Origin: the human T2T-CHM13v2.0 reference genome, Homo sapiens
Length of the DNA stretch: 64,000 nt
Direction: 5' to 3' (one strand)
NCBI RefSeq assembly: GCF_009914755.1
Contig: NC_060946.1
Shown: in pieces, positions 12,401 through 24,700 of the stretch
Position numbering within the stretch: the first letter of the stretch is position 1
Layout: every line of letters starts with the position of its first letter
Notes under the pieces: model-generated
Seen by the model: only the letters and a program-made list of their open reading frames with translations
Databases searched by the model: none
What the model was told of the DNA's origin: nothing
Translations under genes and position numbers: made by a program

Positions 12401-15400
12401 AAAATTTCACCCATCTGAGATGAATGCACACATCATAAAGAAGTTCCTCAGAATTCTTCTGTCTAGTTTTTATGTGAAGATGTTTCCATTTTCACCTTAG
12501 GCCACAAAGCGCTCCAAACATCCGTTTGCAGATGATACGAAAAGACTGTTTCCAAACTGCTCAATCAAAAGAAATTTTCAACTCTGTGAGATGAGAGCAC
12601 ACATCACAAAAAAGTTTCTCAGAAATCTTCTGTCTCGCTTTTATCTCAAGATAATTCCTATTTTGCCATAGGAATCAAGGGGCTCACATATATCCCTTTG
12701 CGGATTCTACAAAAGTTCTCTTTACAAACTTCTCAATCAAAAGAAACGTTCAACATTGGGAGATGAATGAACACATCCCAAAGAAGTTTCTCAGGTTGCT
12801 TCTGTCTGGTTGCTATGTGAAGATGTTTCCTTTTTCACCGTGGTCTTTAAGCCACTCAAACATACCTGTCTGCAGACTCTACAAAAAGACTGTTTCCAAA
12901 CTGGCCCATATAGCATGTTTCAACTATGTGAAATGAATGCACTCATCAAAAAGAAGTTTCTCAGGATTCTCCTGTCTAGTTTTTATGTGAAGATATTTCC
13001 TTTTTCACCGTAGGCCACAAATTGCTCCAAATATCCATTTGCAGATTCTACAAAAAGAATGTTCCCAAACTGGTCAATCAAAAGAAAGGCGCAACTCTGT
13101 GAGACGAAAGCACACATCACAAAGAAGTTTCCCGGAAAGCTTCTGTCTACATTTTATGTGAACGTATTTCCTTTGGCACCATAGGCCTTAAACCGCTCGC
13201 AAATATAACTCCAATTAAACGACCTAGAGACTTTCTCCAGATTGCTAAATCAAAAGAAAGGTTCAACTCTGTGAGATGAATACACACATCAAAAAGAAGT
13301 TTCTCAAAATGCTTCTGTCTAGTTTTCATGGGAAGATATTTATTTTTCACCGTTGGCCCCAAACCGCTCAGAAATATCCCTTTGCAGTTTGTAGAAAAAG
13401 ACTGCTTCCAAACTGCTCAATGAAAGGAAATGGCCAACTATTAGAGATGAATGGAAATGTCACAAAGAGTTTCCTCAAAAAGCTACTGTGTCGTTTTCAT
13501 GTGAAGACATTGCCTTTGGCACCCTAGGCCTTAAAACTCTCTAAATGCACATTCACAGATTCTACAAAAAGACTGATTCCAAACTGCTCAATCAGAAGAA
13601 GGGTTCAATTCCGTGTGACAAACGTGCACATCACCAAGAAATTTGTCAGAAAGCTTCTGTCTACTTTTTATGTGAAGATATTTCATATTTCAACAAAGGC
13701 CTTAAAGGGCTCACAAATATCCCTTCGCAGATTCTAAGAAAAGACGTTTTCCAAACTCCTCACTCAAAAGAAAGGTTTAACACTGTGAGATGAATGGACA
13801 CATCACGAAGAAGTTTCTCAGAAAGCTTCTGTCTAGTTTTTCTGTGAAGATATTTCTTTTTCACCATAGGCCTCAAGCAGCTAAGAAATTTCCCTCTGCA
13901 GCTTCTACCAAAGGCTGTTTCCAAACTGCTCAACTGAAAGAAAGGTTGAATTCTGTGACATGAATTCACACATCACAAAGAGGTTTTTCAGAAATCTCCT
14001 GTCTGGTTTTTAGGTGAAGATACTTCCTTTTTCACCACGGGCCTCAAATATCTCCAAATATCCATTTGCAGATTCTACAGAAAGACTTTCCAAACTGCTC
14101 CATCAAAAGAAAGGTTCAACACTGTGAGATGAAGGCACACATCACCAAGAAGTTTCTCAGAAACCTTCTGTCTAGTTTTTAGGTGAAGATACTTCGTATT
14201 TCACCACAGGCCATAAAGGGCTCACAAATATCCCTTTGCAGGTTCTACAAAAAGACTGTTTCCAAACTGCCCAATCAAAGGAGAGGTTCAACTCTGTGAC
14301 GTGAATGGACACATCACAAAAAATTTCTTAGAATGCTTCCGTCTAGTTCTTATGGGAAGATATTTCTCTTTCACCATAAGCCTCAAACGGATCAGAATTC
14401 TCCCTCTGCAGATTGTACGATAAGCCTCTTTCCAATCTGCTCAATCAAAAGAAAGTTTCCACTCGGTGAGGTGAATGCACACATCGCAAGGGAGTTTCTC
14501 AGAAAGCTTCTGTTTAGTTTTTACGTGAAGATATTTCGTTTTTCACCACGGGCCTCAAAAGCTCTCCAAATATCCATTTGCATATTCTAGAAAAAGAGTG
14601 TTTCCAAACTCCTCAATCAAAGGATAGTTTCAATTCTGTGAGACGAAAGCACACATCACAACGAAGTTTCTTAGAAAGCGTCTGTGAAGTTTTTATGTGA
14701 AGATACTTCACATTGCATCACAGTACTCAAGGGGCTCAGAAATATCCCCTTGCAGATCCTACAAAAGGACTGTTTCAAAACTGCTCAATCCAAAGAAAGT
14801 TTCAACTATGTGAGACGAATGCACACGTCACGAAGAAGTGCCTCAGAATGCTTCTGTCTACTTTATATGTGAAGAAGATTCCTATTCCACCATAGGCAAT
14901 AAAGGGCTCACAAATATGTTTTGCAGATTCTACAAAAAGACTGTACCCAAACTGCTCAATAAAAAGAAAGTTTTAACTCTGTTAGGTTAATGGACACATC
15001 AAAAAGTAGTTTCTCAGAAAACTTCTGTGTAGTTTTTATGTGAAGATATTTCCTTTGTCACCATTGGCCTCAAAGCACTCCTAATATCCATTTACAGATG
15101 TCACAGAAAGAGTGTTTCCAAACTGCTCAATCAAAAGAAAGTGTTTAACTCTGTGAGGTGAAAGCACACATCTCAAAGAAGTTTCTCCGAAAGCTTCGGT
15201 CTAGTTTTCATGTGATGATATTTCCAGTCTCACCATAGGCCTCAAAGGGCTAAGAAATATCCCTTTCCAGATTCTAAAAGACCACCATTTCCATACTTCT
15301 CAATCAAAAGAAAGGTTACATTCTGTGAGGTTAATGCACACATCAGAATGAAGTTTCTCAGAATTCTCCTGTCTAGTTTTCATGGGAAGATATTTACTAT

Positions 15401-18400
15401 TTCACTCTAGGCTTCAAATGTCTCAAAAATATCCCTTTGCAGATTCTACAAAAATATGCTTTCCAAAGTGCTGAATTAAAAGAAACCTTCAACTCTGTCC
15501 GATGAATGGAGAGGCATCACAACGAAGTTCCTCAGAATGCTTCTGTCTAGTTTAAATGTGAAGATATTTCTTTTTCACCATAGACCTCAAAGGGCTCAGA
15601 ATTAGACCTTTGCAGATTGCAGAGAAAGACTGTCTCTAAACTGCTCAAATAAAATAAAGTTTCAACACGGTGAGATGAATGCACACATCACAAAGAAGTT
15701 CCTCAGAAAGCTTCTGTCTGGTTTTTATGTGAAGATATTTCCTTTTTCACCATAGGCCTTACACCGCTCACAAATATCCTTCTGCAGATACTAGAAAAAG
15801 ACTGTTTCCAAACTGCTCCATCAAAAGAAAATTTCACCCATCTGAGATGAATGCACACATCATAAAGAAGTTCCTCAGAATTCTTCTGTCTAGTTTTTAT
15901 GTGAAGATGTTTCCATTTTCACCTTAGGCCACAAAGCGCTCCAAACATCCGTTTGCAGATGATACGAAAAGACTGTTTCCAAACTGCTCAATCAAAAGAA
16001 ATTTTCAACTCTGTGAGATGAGAGCACACATCACAAAAAAGTTTCTCAGAAATCTTCTGTCTCGCTTTTATCTCAAGATAATTCCTATTTTGCCATAGGA
16101 ATCAAGGGGCTCACATATATCCCTTTGCGGATTCTACAAAAGTTCTCTTTACAAACTTCTCAATCAAAAGAAACGTTCAACATTGGGAGATGAATGAACA
16201 CATCCCAAAGAAGTTTCTCAGGTTGCTTCTGTCTGGTTGCTATGTGAAGATGTTTCCTTTTTCACCGTGGTCTTTAAGCCACTCAAACATACCTGTCTGC
16301 AGACTCTACAAAAAGACTGTTTCCAAACTGGCCCATATAGCATGTTTCAACTATGTGAAATGAATGCACTCATCAAAAAGAAGTTTCTCAGGATTCTCCT
16401 GTCTAGTTTTTATGTGAAGATATTTCCTTTTTCACCGTAGGCCACAAATTGCTCCAAATATCCATTTGCAGATTCTACAAAAAGAATGTTCCCAAACTGG
16501 TCAATCAAAAGAAAGGCGCAACTCTGTGAGACGAAAGCACACATCACAAAGAAGTTTCCCGGAAAGCTTCTGTCTACATTTTATGTGAACGTATTTCCTT
16601 TGGCACCATAGGCCTTAAACCGCTCGCAAATATAACTCCAATTAAACGACCTAGAGACTTTCTCCAGATTGCTAAATCAAAAGAAAGGTTCAACTCTGTG
16701 AGATGAATACACACATCAAAAAGAAGTTTCTCAAAATGCTTCTGTCTAGTTTTCATGGGAAGATATTTATTTTTCACCGTTGGCCCCAAACCGCTCAGAA
16801 ATATCCCTTTGCAGTTTGTAGAAAAAGACTGCTTCCAAACTGCTCAATGAAAGGAAATGGCCAACTATTAGAGATGAATGGAAATGTCACAAAGAGTTTC
16901 CTCAAAAAGCTACTGTGTCGTTTTCATGTGAAGACATTGCCTTTGGCACCCTAGGCCTTAAAACTCTCTAAATGCACATTCACAGATTCTACAAAAAGAC
17001 TGATTCCAAACTGCTCAATCAGAAGAAGGGTTCAATTCCGTGTGACAAACGTGCACATCACCAAGAAATTTGTCAGAAAGCTTCTGTCTACTTTTTATGT
17101 GAAGATATTTCATATTTCAACAAAGGCCTTAAAGGGCTCACAAATATCCCTTCGCAGATTCTAAGAAAAGACGTTTTCCAAACTCCTCACTCAAAAGAAA
17201 GGTTTAACACTGTGAGATGAATGGACACATCACGAAGAAGTTTCTCAGAAAGCTTCTGTCTAGTTTTTCTGTGAAGATATTTCTTTTTCACCATAGGCCT
17301 CAAGCAGCTAAGAAATTTCCCTCTGCAGCTTCTACCAAAGGCTGTTTCCAAACTGCTCAACTGAAAGAAAGGTTGAATTCTGTGACATGAATTCACACAT
17401 CACAAAGAGGTTTTTCAGAAATCTCCTGTCTGGTTTTTAGGTGAAGATACTTCCTTTTTCACCACGGGCCTCAAATATCTCCAAATATCCATTTGCAGAT
17501 TCTACAGAAAGACTTTCCAAACTGCTCCATCAAAAGAAAGGTTCAACACTGTGAGATGAAGGCACACATCACCAAGAAGTTTCTCAGAAACCTTCTGTCT
17601 AGTTTTTAGGTGAAGATACTTCGTATTTCACCACAGGCCATAAAGGGCTCACAAATATCCCTTTGCAGGTTCTACAAAAAGACTGTTTCCAAACTGCCCA
17701 ATCAAAGGAGAGGTTCAACTCTGTGACGTGAATGGACACATCACAAAAAATTTCTTAGAATGCTTCCGTCTAGTTCTTATGGGAAGATATTTCTCTTTCA
17801 CCATAAGCCTCAAACGGATCAGAATTCTCCCTCTGCAGATTGTACGATAAGCCTCTTTCCAATCTGCTCAATCAAAAGAAAGTTTCCACTCGGTGAGGTG
17901 AATGCACACATCGCAAGGGAGTTTCTCAGAAAGCTTCTGTTTAGTTTTTACGTGAAGATATTTCGTTTTTCACCACGGGCCTCAAAAGCTCTCCAAATAT
18001 CCATTTGCATATTCTAGAAAAAGAGTGTTTCCAAACTCCTCAATCAAAGGATAGTTTCAATTCTGTGAGACGAAAGCACACATCACAACGAAGTTACTTA
18101 GAAAGCGTCTGTGAAGTTTTTATGTGAAGATACTTCACATTGCATCACAGTACTCAAGGGGCTCAGAAATATCCCCTTGCAGATCCTACAAAAGGACTGT
18201 TTCAAAACTGCTCAATCCAAAGAAAGTTTCAACTATGTGAGACGAATGCACACGTCACGAAGAAGTGCCTCAGAATGCTTCTGTCTAGTTTATATGTGAA
18301 GAAGATTCCTATTCCACCATAGGCAATAAAGGGCTCACAAATATGTTTTGCAGATTCTACAAAAAGACTGTATCCAAACTGCTCAATAAAAAGAAAGTTT

Positions 18401-21400
18401 TAACTCTGTTAGGTTAATGGACACATCAAAAAGTAGTTTCTCAGAAAACTTCTGTGTAGTTTTTATGTGAAGATATTTCCTTTGTCACCATTGGCCTCGA
18501 AGCACTCCTAATATCCATTTACAGATGTCACAGAAAGAGTGTTTCCAAACTGCTCAATCAAAAGAAAGTGATTAACTCTGTGAGGTGAAAGCACACATCT
18601 CAAAGAAGTTTCTCCGAAAGCTTCGGTCTAGTTTTCATGTGATGATATTTCCAGTCTCACCATAGGCCTCAAAGGGCTAAGAAATATCCCTTTCCAGATT
18701 CTAAAAGACCACCATTTCCATACTTCTCAATCAAAAGAAAGGTTACATTCTGTGAGGTTAATGCACACATCAGAATGAAGTTTCTCAGAATTCTCCTGTC
18801 TAGTTTTCATGGGAAGATATTTACTATTTCACTCTAGGCTTCAAATGTCTCAAAAATATCCCTTTGCAGATTCTACAAAAATATGCTTTCCAAAGTGCTG
18901 AATTAAAAGAAACCTTCAACTCTGTCCGATGAATGGAGAGGCATCACAACGAAGTTCCTCAGAATGCTTCTGTCTAGTTTAAATGTGAAGATATTTCTTT
19001 TTCACCATAGACCTCAAAGGGCTCAGAATTAGACCTTTGCAGATTGCAGAGAAAGACTGTCTCTAAACTGCTCAAATAAAATAAAGTTTCAACACGGTGA
19101 GATGAATGCACACATCACAAAGAAGTTCCTCAGAAAGCTTCTGTCTGGTTTTTATGTGAAGATATTTCCTTTTTCACCATAGGCCTTACACCGCTCACAA
19201 ATATCCTTCTGCAGATACTAGAAAAAGACTGTTTCCAAACTGCTCCATCAAAAGAAAATTTCACCCATCTGAGATGAATGCACACATCATAAAGAAGTTC
19301 CTCAGAATTCTTCTGTCTAGTTTTTATGTGAAGATGTTTCCATTTTCACCTTAGGCCACAAAGCGCTCCAAACATCCGTTTGCAGATGATACGAAAAGAC
19401 TGTTTCCAAACTGCTCAATCAAAAGAAATTTTCAACTCTGTGAGATGAGAGCACACATCACAAAAAAGTTTCTCAGAAATCTTCTGTCTCGCTTTTATCT
19501 CAAGATAATTCCTATTTTGCCATAGGAATCAAGGGGCTCACATATATCCCTTTGCGGATTCTACAAAAGTTCTCTTTACAAACTTCTCAATCAAAAGAAA
19601 CGTTCAACATTGGGAGATGAATGAACACATCCCAAAGAAGTTTCTCAGGTTGCTTCTGTCTGGTTGCTATGTGAAGATGTTTCCTTTTTCACCATGGTCT
19701 TTAAGCCACTCAAACATACCTGTCTGCAGACTCTACAAAAAGACTGTTTCCAAACTGGCCCATATAGCATGTTTCAACTATGTGAAATGAATGCACTCAT
19801 CAAAAAGAAGTTTCTCAGGATTCTCCTGTCTAGTTTTTATGTGAAGATATTTCCTTTTTCACCGTAGGCCACAAATTGCTCCAAATATCCATTTGCAGAT
19901 TCTACAAAAAGAATGTTCCCAAACTGGTCAATCAAAAGAAAGGCGCAACTCTGTGAGACGAAAGCACACATCACAAAGAAGTTTCCCGGAAAGCTTCTGT
20001 CTACATTTTATGTGAACGTATTTCCTTTGGCACCATAGGCCTTAAACCGCTCGCAAATATAACTTCAATTAAACGACCTAGAGACTTTCTCCACATTGCT
20101 AAATCAAAAGAAAGGTTCAACTCTGTGAGATGAATACACACATTAAAAAGAAGTTTCTCAAAATGCTTCTGTCTAGTTTTCATGGGAAGATATTTATTTT
20201 TCACCGTTGGCCCCAAACCGCTCAGAAATATCCCTTTGCAGTTTGTAGAAAAAGACTGCTTCCAAACTGCTCAATGAAAGGAAATGGCCAACTATTAGAG
20301 ATGAATGGAAATGTCACAAAGAGTTTTCTCAAAAAGCTACTGTGTCGTTTTCATGTGAAGACATTGCCTTTGGCACCCTAGGCCTTAAAACTCTCTAAAT
20401 GCACATTCACAGATTCTACAAAAAGACTGATTCCAAACTGCTCAATCAGAAGAAGGGTTCAATTCCGTGTGACAAACGTGCACATCACCAAGAAATTTGT
20501 CAGAAAGCTTCTGTCTACTTTTTATGTGAAGATATTTCATATTTCAACAAAGGCCATAAAGGGCTCACAAATATCCCTTCGCAGATTCTAAGAAAAGACG
20601 TTTTCCAAACTCCTCACTCAAAAGAAAGGTTTAACACTGTGAGATGAATGGACACATCACGAAGAAGTTTCTCAGAAAGCTTCTGTCTAGTTTTTCTGTG
20701 AAGATATTTCTTTTTCACCATAGGCCTCAAGCAGCTAAGAAATTTCCCTCTGCAGCTTCTACCAAAGGCTGTTTCCAAACTGCTCAACTGAAAGAAAGGT
20801 TGAATTCTGTGACATGAATTCACACATCACAAAGAGGTTTTTCAGAAATCTCCTGTCTGGTTTTTAGGTGAAGATACTTCCTTTTTCACCACGGGCCTCA
20901 AATATCTCCAAATATCCATTTGCAGATTCTACAGAAAGACTTTCCAAACTGCTCCATCAAAAGAAAGGTTCAACACTGTGAGATGAAGGCACACATCACC
21001 AAGAAGTTTCTCAGAAACCTTCTGTCTAGTTTTTAGGTGAAGATACTTCGTATTTCACCACAGGCCATAAAGGGCTCACAAATATCCCTTTGCAGGTTCT
21101 ACAAAAAGACTGTTTCCAAACTGCCCAATCAAAGGAGAGGTTCAACTCTGTGACGTGAATGGACACATCACAAAAAATTTCTTAGAATGCTTCCGTCTAG
21201 TTCTTATGGGAAGATATTTCTCTTTCACCATAAGCCTCAAACGGATCAGAATTCTCCCTCTGCAGATTGTACGATAAGCCTTTTCCAATCTGCTCAATCA
21301 AAAGAAAGTTTCCACTCGGTGAGGTGAATGCACACATCGCAAGGGAGTTTCTCAGAAAGCTTCTGTTTAGTTTTTACGTGAAGATATTTCGTTTTTCACC

Positions 21401-21799
21401 ACGGGCCTCAAAAGCTCTCCAAATATCCATTTGCATATTCTAGAAAAAGAGTGTTTCCAAACTCCTCAATCAAAGGATAGTTTCAATTCTGTGAGACGAA
21501 AGCACACATCACAACGAAGTTTCTTAGAAAGCGTCTGTGAAGTTTTTATGTGAAGATACTTCACATTGCATCACAGTACTCAAGGGGCTCAGAAATATCC
21601 CCTTGCAGATCCTACAAAAGGACTGTTTCAAAACTGCTCAATCCAAAGAAAGTTTCAACTATGTGAGACGAATGCACACGTCACGAAGAAGTGCCTCAGA
21701 ATGCTTCTGTCTAGTTTATATGTGAAGAAGATTCCTATTCCACCATAGGCAATAAAGGGCTCACAAATATGTTTTGCAGATTCTACAAAAAGACTGTAT

Positions 21800-24700
21800 C
21801 CAAACTGCTCAATAAAAATAAAGTTTTAACTCTGTTTGATTAATGGACACATCGAAAGGTAGTTTCTCAGAAAACTTCTGTTTAGTTTTTATGTGAAGAT
21901 ATTTCCTTTGTCACCATTGGCCTCAAAGCCCTGCTAATATCCATTTACAGATTTCACAAAAAGAGTGTTTCCAAACAGCTCAATCAAAAGAAAGTGTTTA
22001 ACTCTGTGAGGTGAAAGCACACATCTCCAAGAAGTTTCTCAGAAAGCTTCGGTCTACTTTTCATGTGAAGATATTTCCAGTTTCACCGTAGGCCTCAAAG
22101 GGCTAAGAAATATCCCTTTCCAGATTCTAAAAGACGACCGTTTCCATACTTCTGAATCCAAAGAAAGGTTAAATTCTCTGAGGTTAATGCCCACGTCAGA
22201 ATGAAGTTTCTCAGAATTCTCCTGTCTAGTTTCTATGTGAAGATATTTACTATTTCACTATAGGCTTCAAAGGTCTCAAAAATATCCCTTTGCAGATTCT
22301 ACAAAAATATGGTTTCCACAGTGCTGAATTAAAAGAAACCTTCAACTCTGTCAGATGAATGGAGCCATCACAAAGAAGTTCCTCGGAATGCTTCTGTCTA
22401 GTTTAAATGTGAAGATATTTCTCTTTCACCACAGACCTCAAATGGCTCAGAAATATGCCTTTGCAGATTGCAGAAAAAGACTGTCTCTAAACTGCTCAAA
22501 TAAAATAAAGTTTCAACACTGTGAGATGAATGCACACATCACAAAGAAGTTTCTCAGAAAGCTTCTGTCTAGTTTTTATGTGAAGATATTTCCTTTTTCA
22601 CCATAGTCCTTACACCGCTCACAAATATCCTTCTGCAGATACTAGAAAAGACTGTTTCCAAACTGCTCCATCAATAGAAAATTTCACCTACCTGAGATGA
22701 ATGCACACATCATAAAGAAGTTTCTCAGAATTCTTCTGTCTAGATTTTATGTGAAGATATTTCCATTTTCACCTTAGGCCACAAAGCGCTCCACACATCC
22801 CTTTGCAGATGATACGAAAAGACTGTTTCCAAACTGCTCAATCAAAGAAATTTCCAACTCTGTGAGATGAAAGCACCCATCACAAAAAAGTTTCTCAGAA
22901 ATCTTCTGTCTAGTTTTTATCTCAAGAGAATTCCTATTTTGCCATAGGAATCAAGGGGCTCACAAATATCCCTTTGCAGATTCTACAAAAGTTCTGTTTA
23001 CAAACCTCTCAATCAAAAGAAACGTTCAACATTGTGAGATGAATGAACACATCACAAAGAAGTTTCTCAGAATGCTTCTGTCTGGTTACTCTGTGAAGGT
23101 ATTTCTTTTTTCACCACAGTCTTTAAGCCACTCAAAAATATCTGTCTGCAGACACTACAAAAAGACTGTTTCCAAAATGGCCCATATAGCATGTTTCAAC
23201 TATGTGAAATGAATGCACTCATCAAAGAGAAGTTTCTCAGAATTCTTCTGTCTAGTTTTTATGTGAAGATATTTCCTTCTTCACCGTAGGCCGCAAATTG
23301 TTCCAAATATCCATTTGCGGATTCTACAGAAAGAATGTTTCCAAACTGGTCAATCAACAGAAAGGCTCAACTCTGTGAGACGAAAGCACACATCACAAAG
23401 AAGTTTCTCAGAAAGCTTCTGTCTACATTTTATGTGAAGGTATTTCCTTTGGCACCGTAGGCCTTAAACCACTCACAAACATAACTCCGCTTATACTACC
23501 AAGAGACTTTCTCCAAATTGCTAAATCAAAAGAAACGTTCAACTCTGTGAGATGAATACACACATCACAAAGAAGTTTCTCAAAATGCTTCTGTCTAGTT
23601 TTCATGTGAAGATATTTATTTTTCACCATTGGCCCCAAACGGCTCAGAAATGTCCCTTTGCAGTTTGTAGGAAAAGACTGTTTCCAAACTGCTCAATGAG
23701 AAGAAATGGTCAAATATGAGAGATGAATGGAAATGTCACAAAGAGTTTTCTCAAAAAGCTACTGTGTCGTTTTTATGTGAAGACGTTTCCTTTTTCACTC
23801 TAGGCCTTAAAACTCTCTAAATATACATTCACAGATTCTACAAAAAGACTGATTCCAAACTGCTCAATCAGAAGAAAGGTTCAATTCCGTGTGACAAACG
23901 TGCACATCACAAAGAAATTTGTCAGAAAGCTTCTGTCTACTTTTTACGTGAAGATATTTCATATTTCAACAAAGGCCATAAAGGGCTCACAAATATCCCT
24001 TTGCAGATTCTAAGAAAAGACATTTTCCAAACTCCTCAATCAAAAGAAAGGTTTCACTCTGTGCGATGAATGGACACATCACAAAGAAGTTTCTCAGAAA
24101 GCTTCTGTCTACTTTTTATGTGAGGCTATTTCTGGTTCACCTTAGGCCTCAAGCAGCTAAGAAATTTCCCTCTGCAGCTTCTACAAAAGACTGGTTCCAA
24201 ACTGCTCAACTGAAAGGAAGGTTGAATTCTGTGACATGAATTCACACATCACAAAGAGATTTCTCAGAAATCTTCTGTCTAGTTTTTATGTGAAGATACT
24301 TCCTTTTTCACCAAGGGCCTCAAATATCTCCAAATATCCATTTGCAGATTCTACAGAAAGACTTCCCAAACTGCTCAATCAAAAGAAAGGTTCAACACAG
24401 TGAGATGAAGGCACACATCACAAAGAAGTTTCTCAGAAATCTCCTGTCAAGTTTTTATGTGAAGATATTTCGTATTTCACCACAGGCCATAAGGGGCTCA
24501 CAAATATCCCTTTGCAGGTTCTACAAAAAGACTGTTTCCAAACTGCTCAATCAAAAGAAAGGTTCAACTCTGTGACGTGAATGGACACATCGCAGAAAAT
24601 TTCTTGGAACGATTCCGTCTAGTTTTTATGGGAAGATGTTTCTCTTTCACCATAAGCCTCAAACGGATCAGAATTCTCCCTTTGCAGATTGTACAATAAG

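Larger units (their letters stand above)
1..21800. repeat. Homogeneous 20-mer HOR block, haplotype A (left), ~6.4 copies
   Basis: Exact 3427-bp period with only a handful of SNPs per copy. Diagnostic alleles include gaatggagaggcatc, gaaagcgtctgtgaag and tttcccggaaag. One 1-bp deletion near 21281. Confidence 0.95.
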
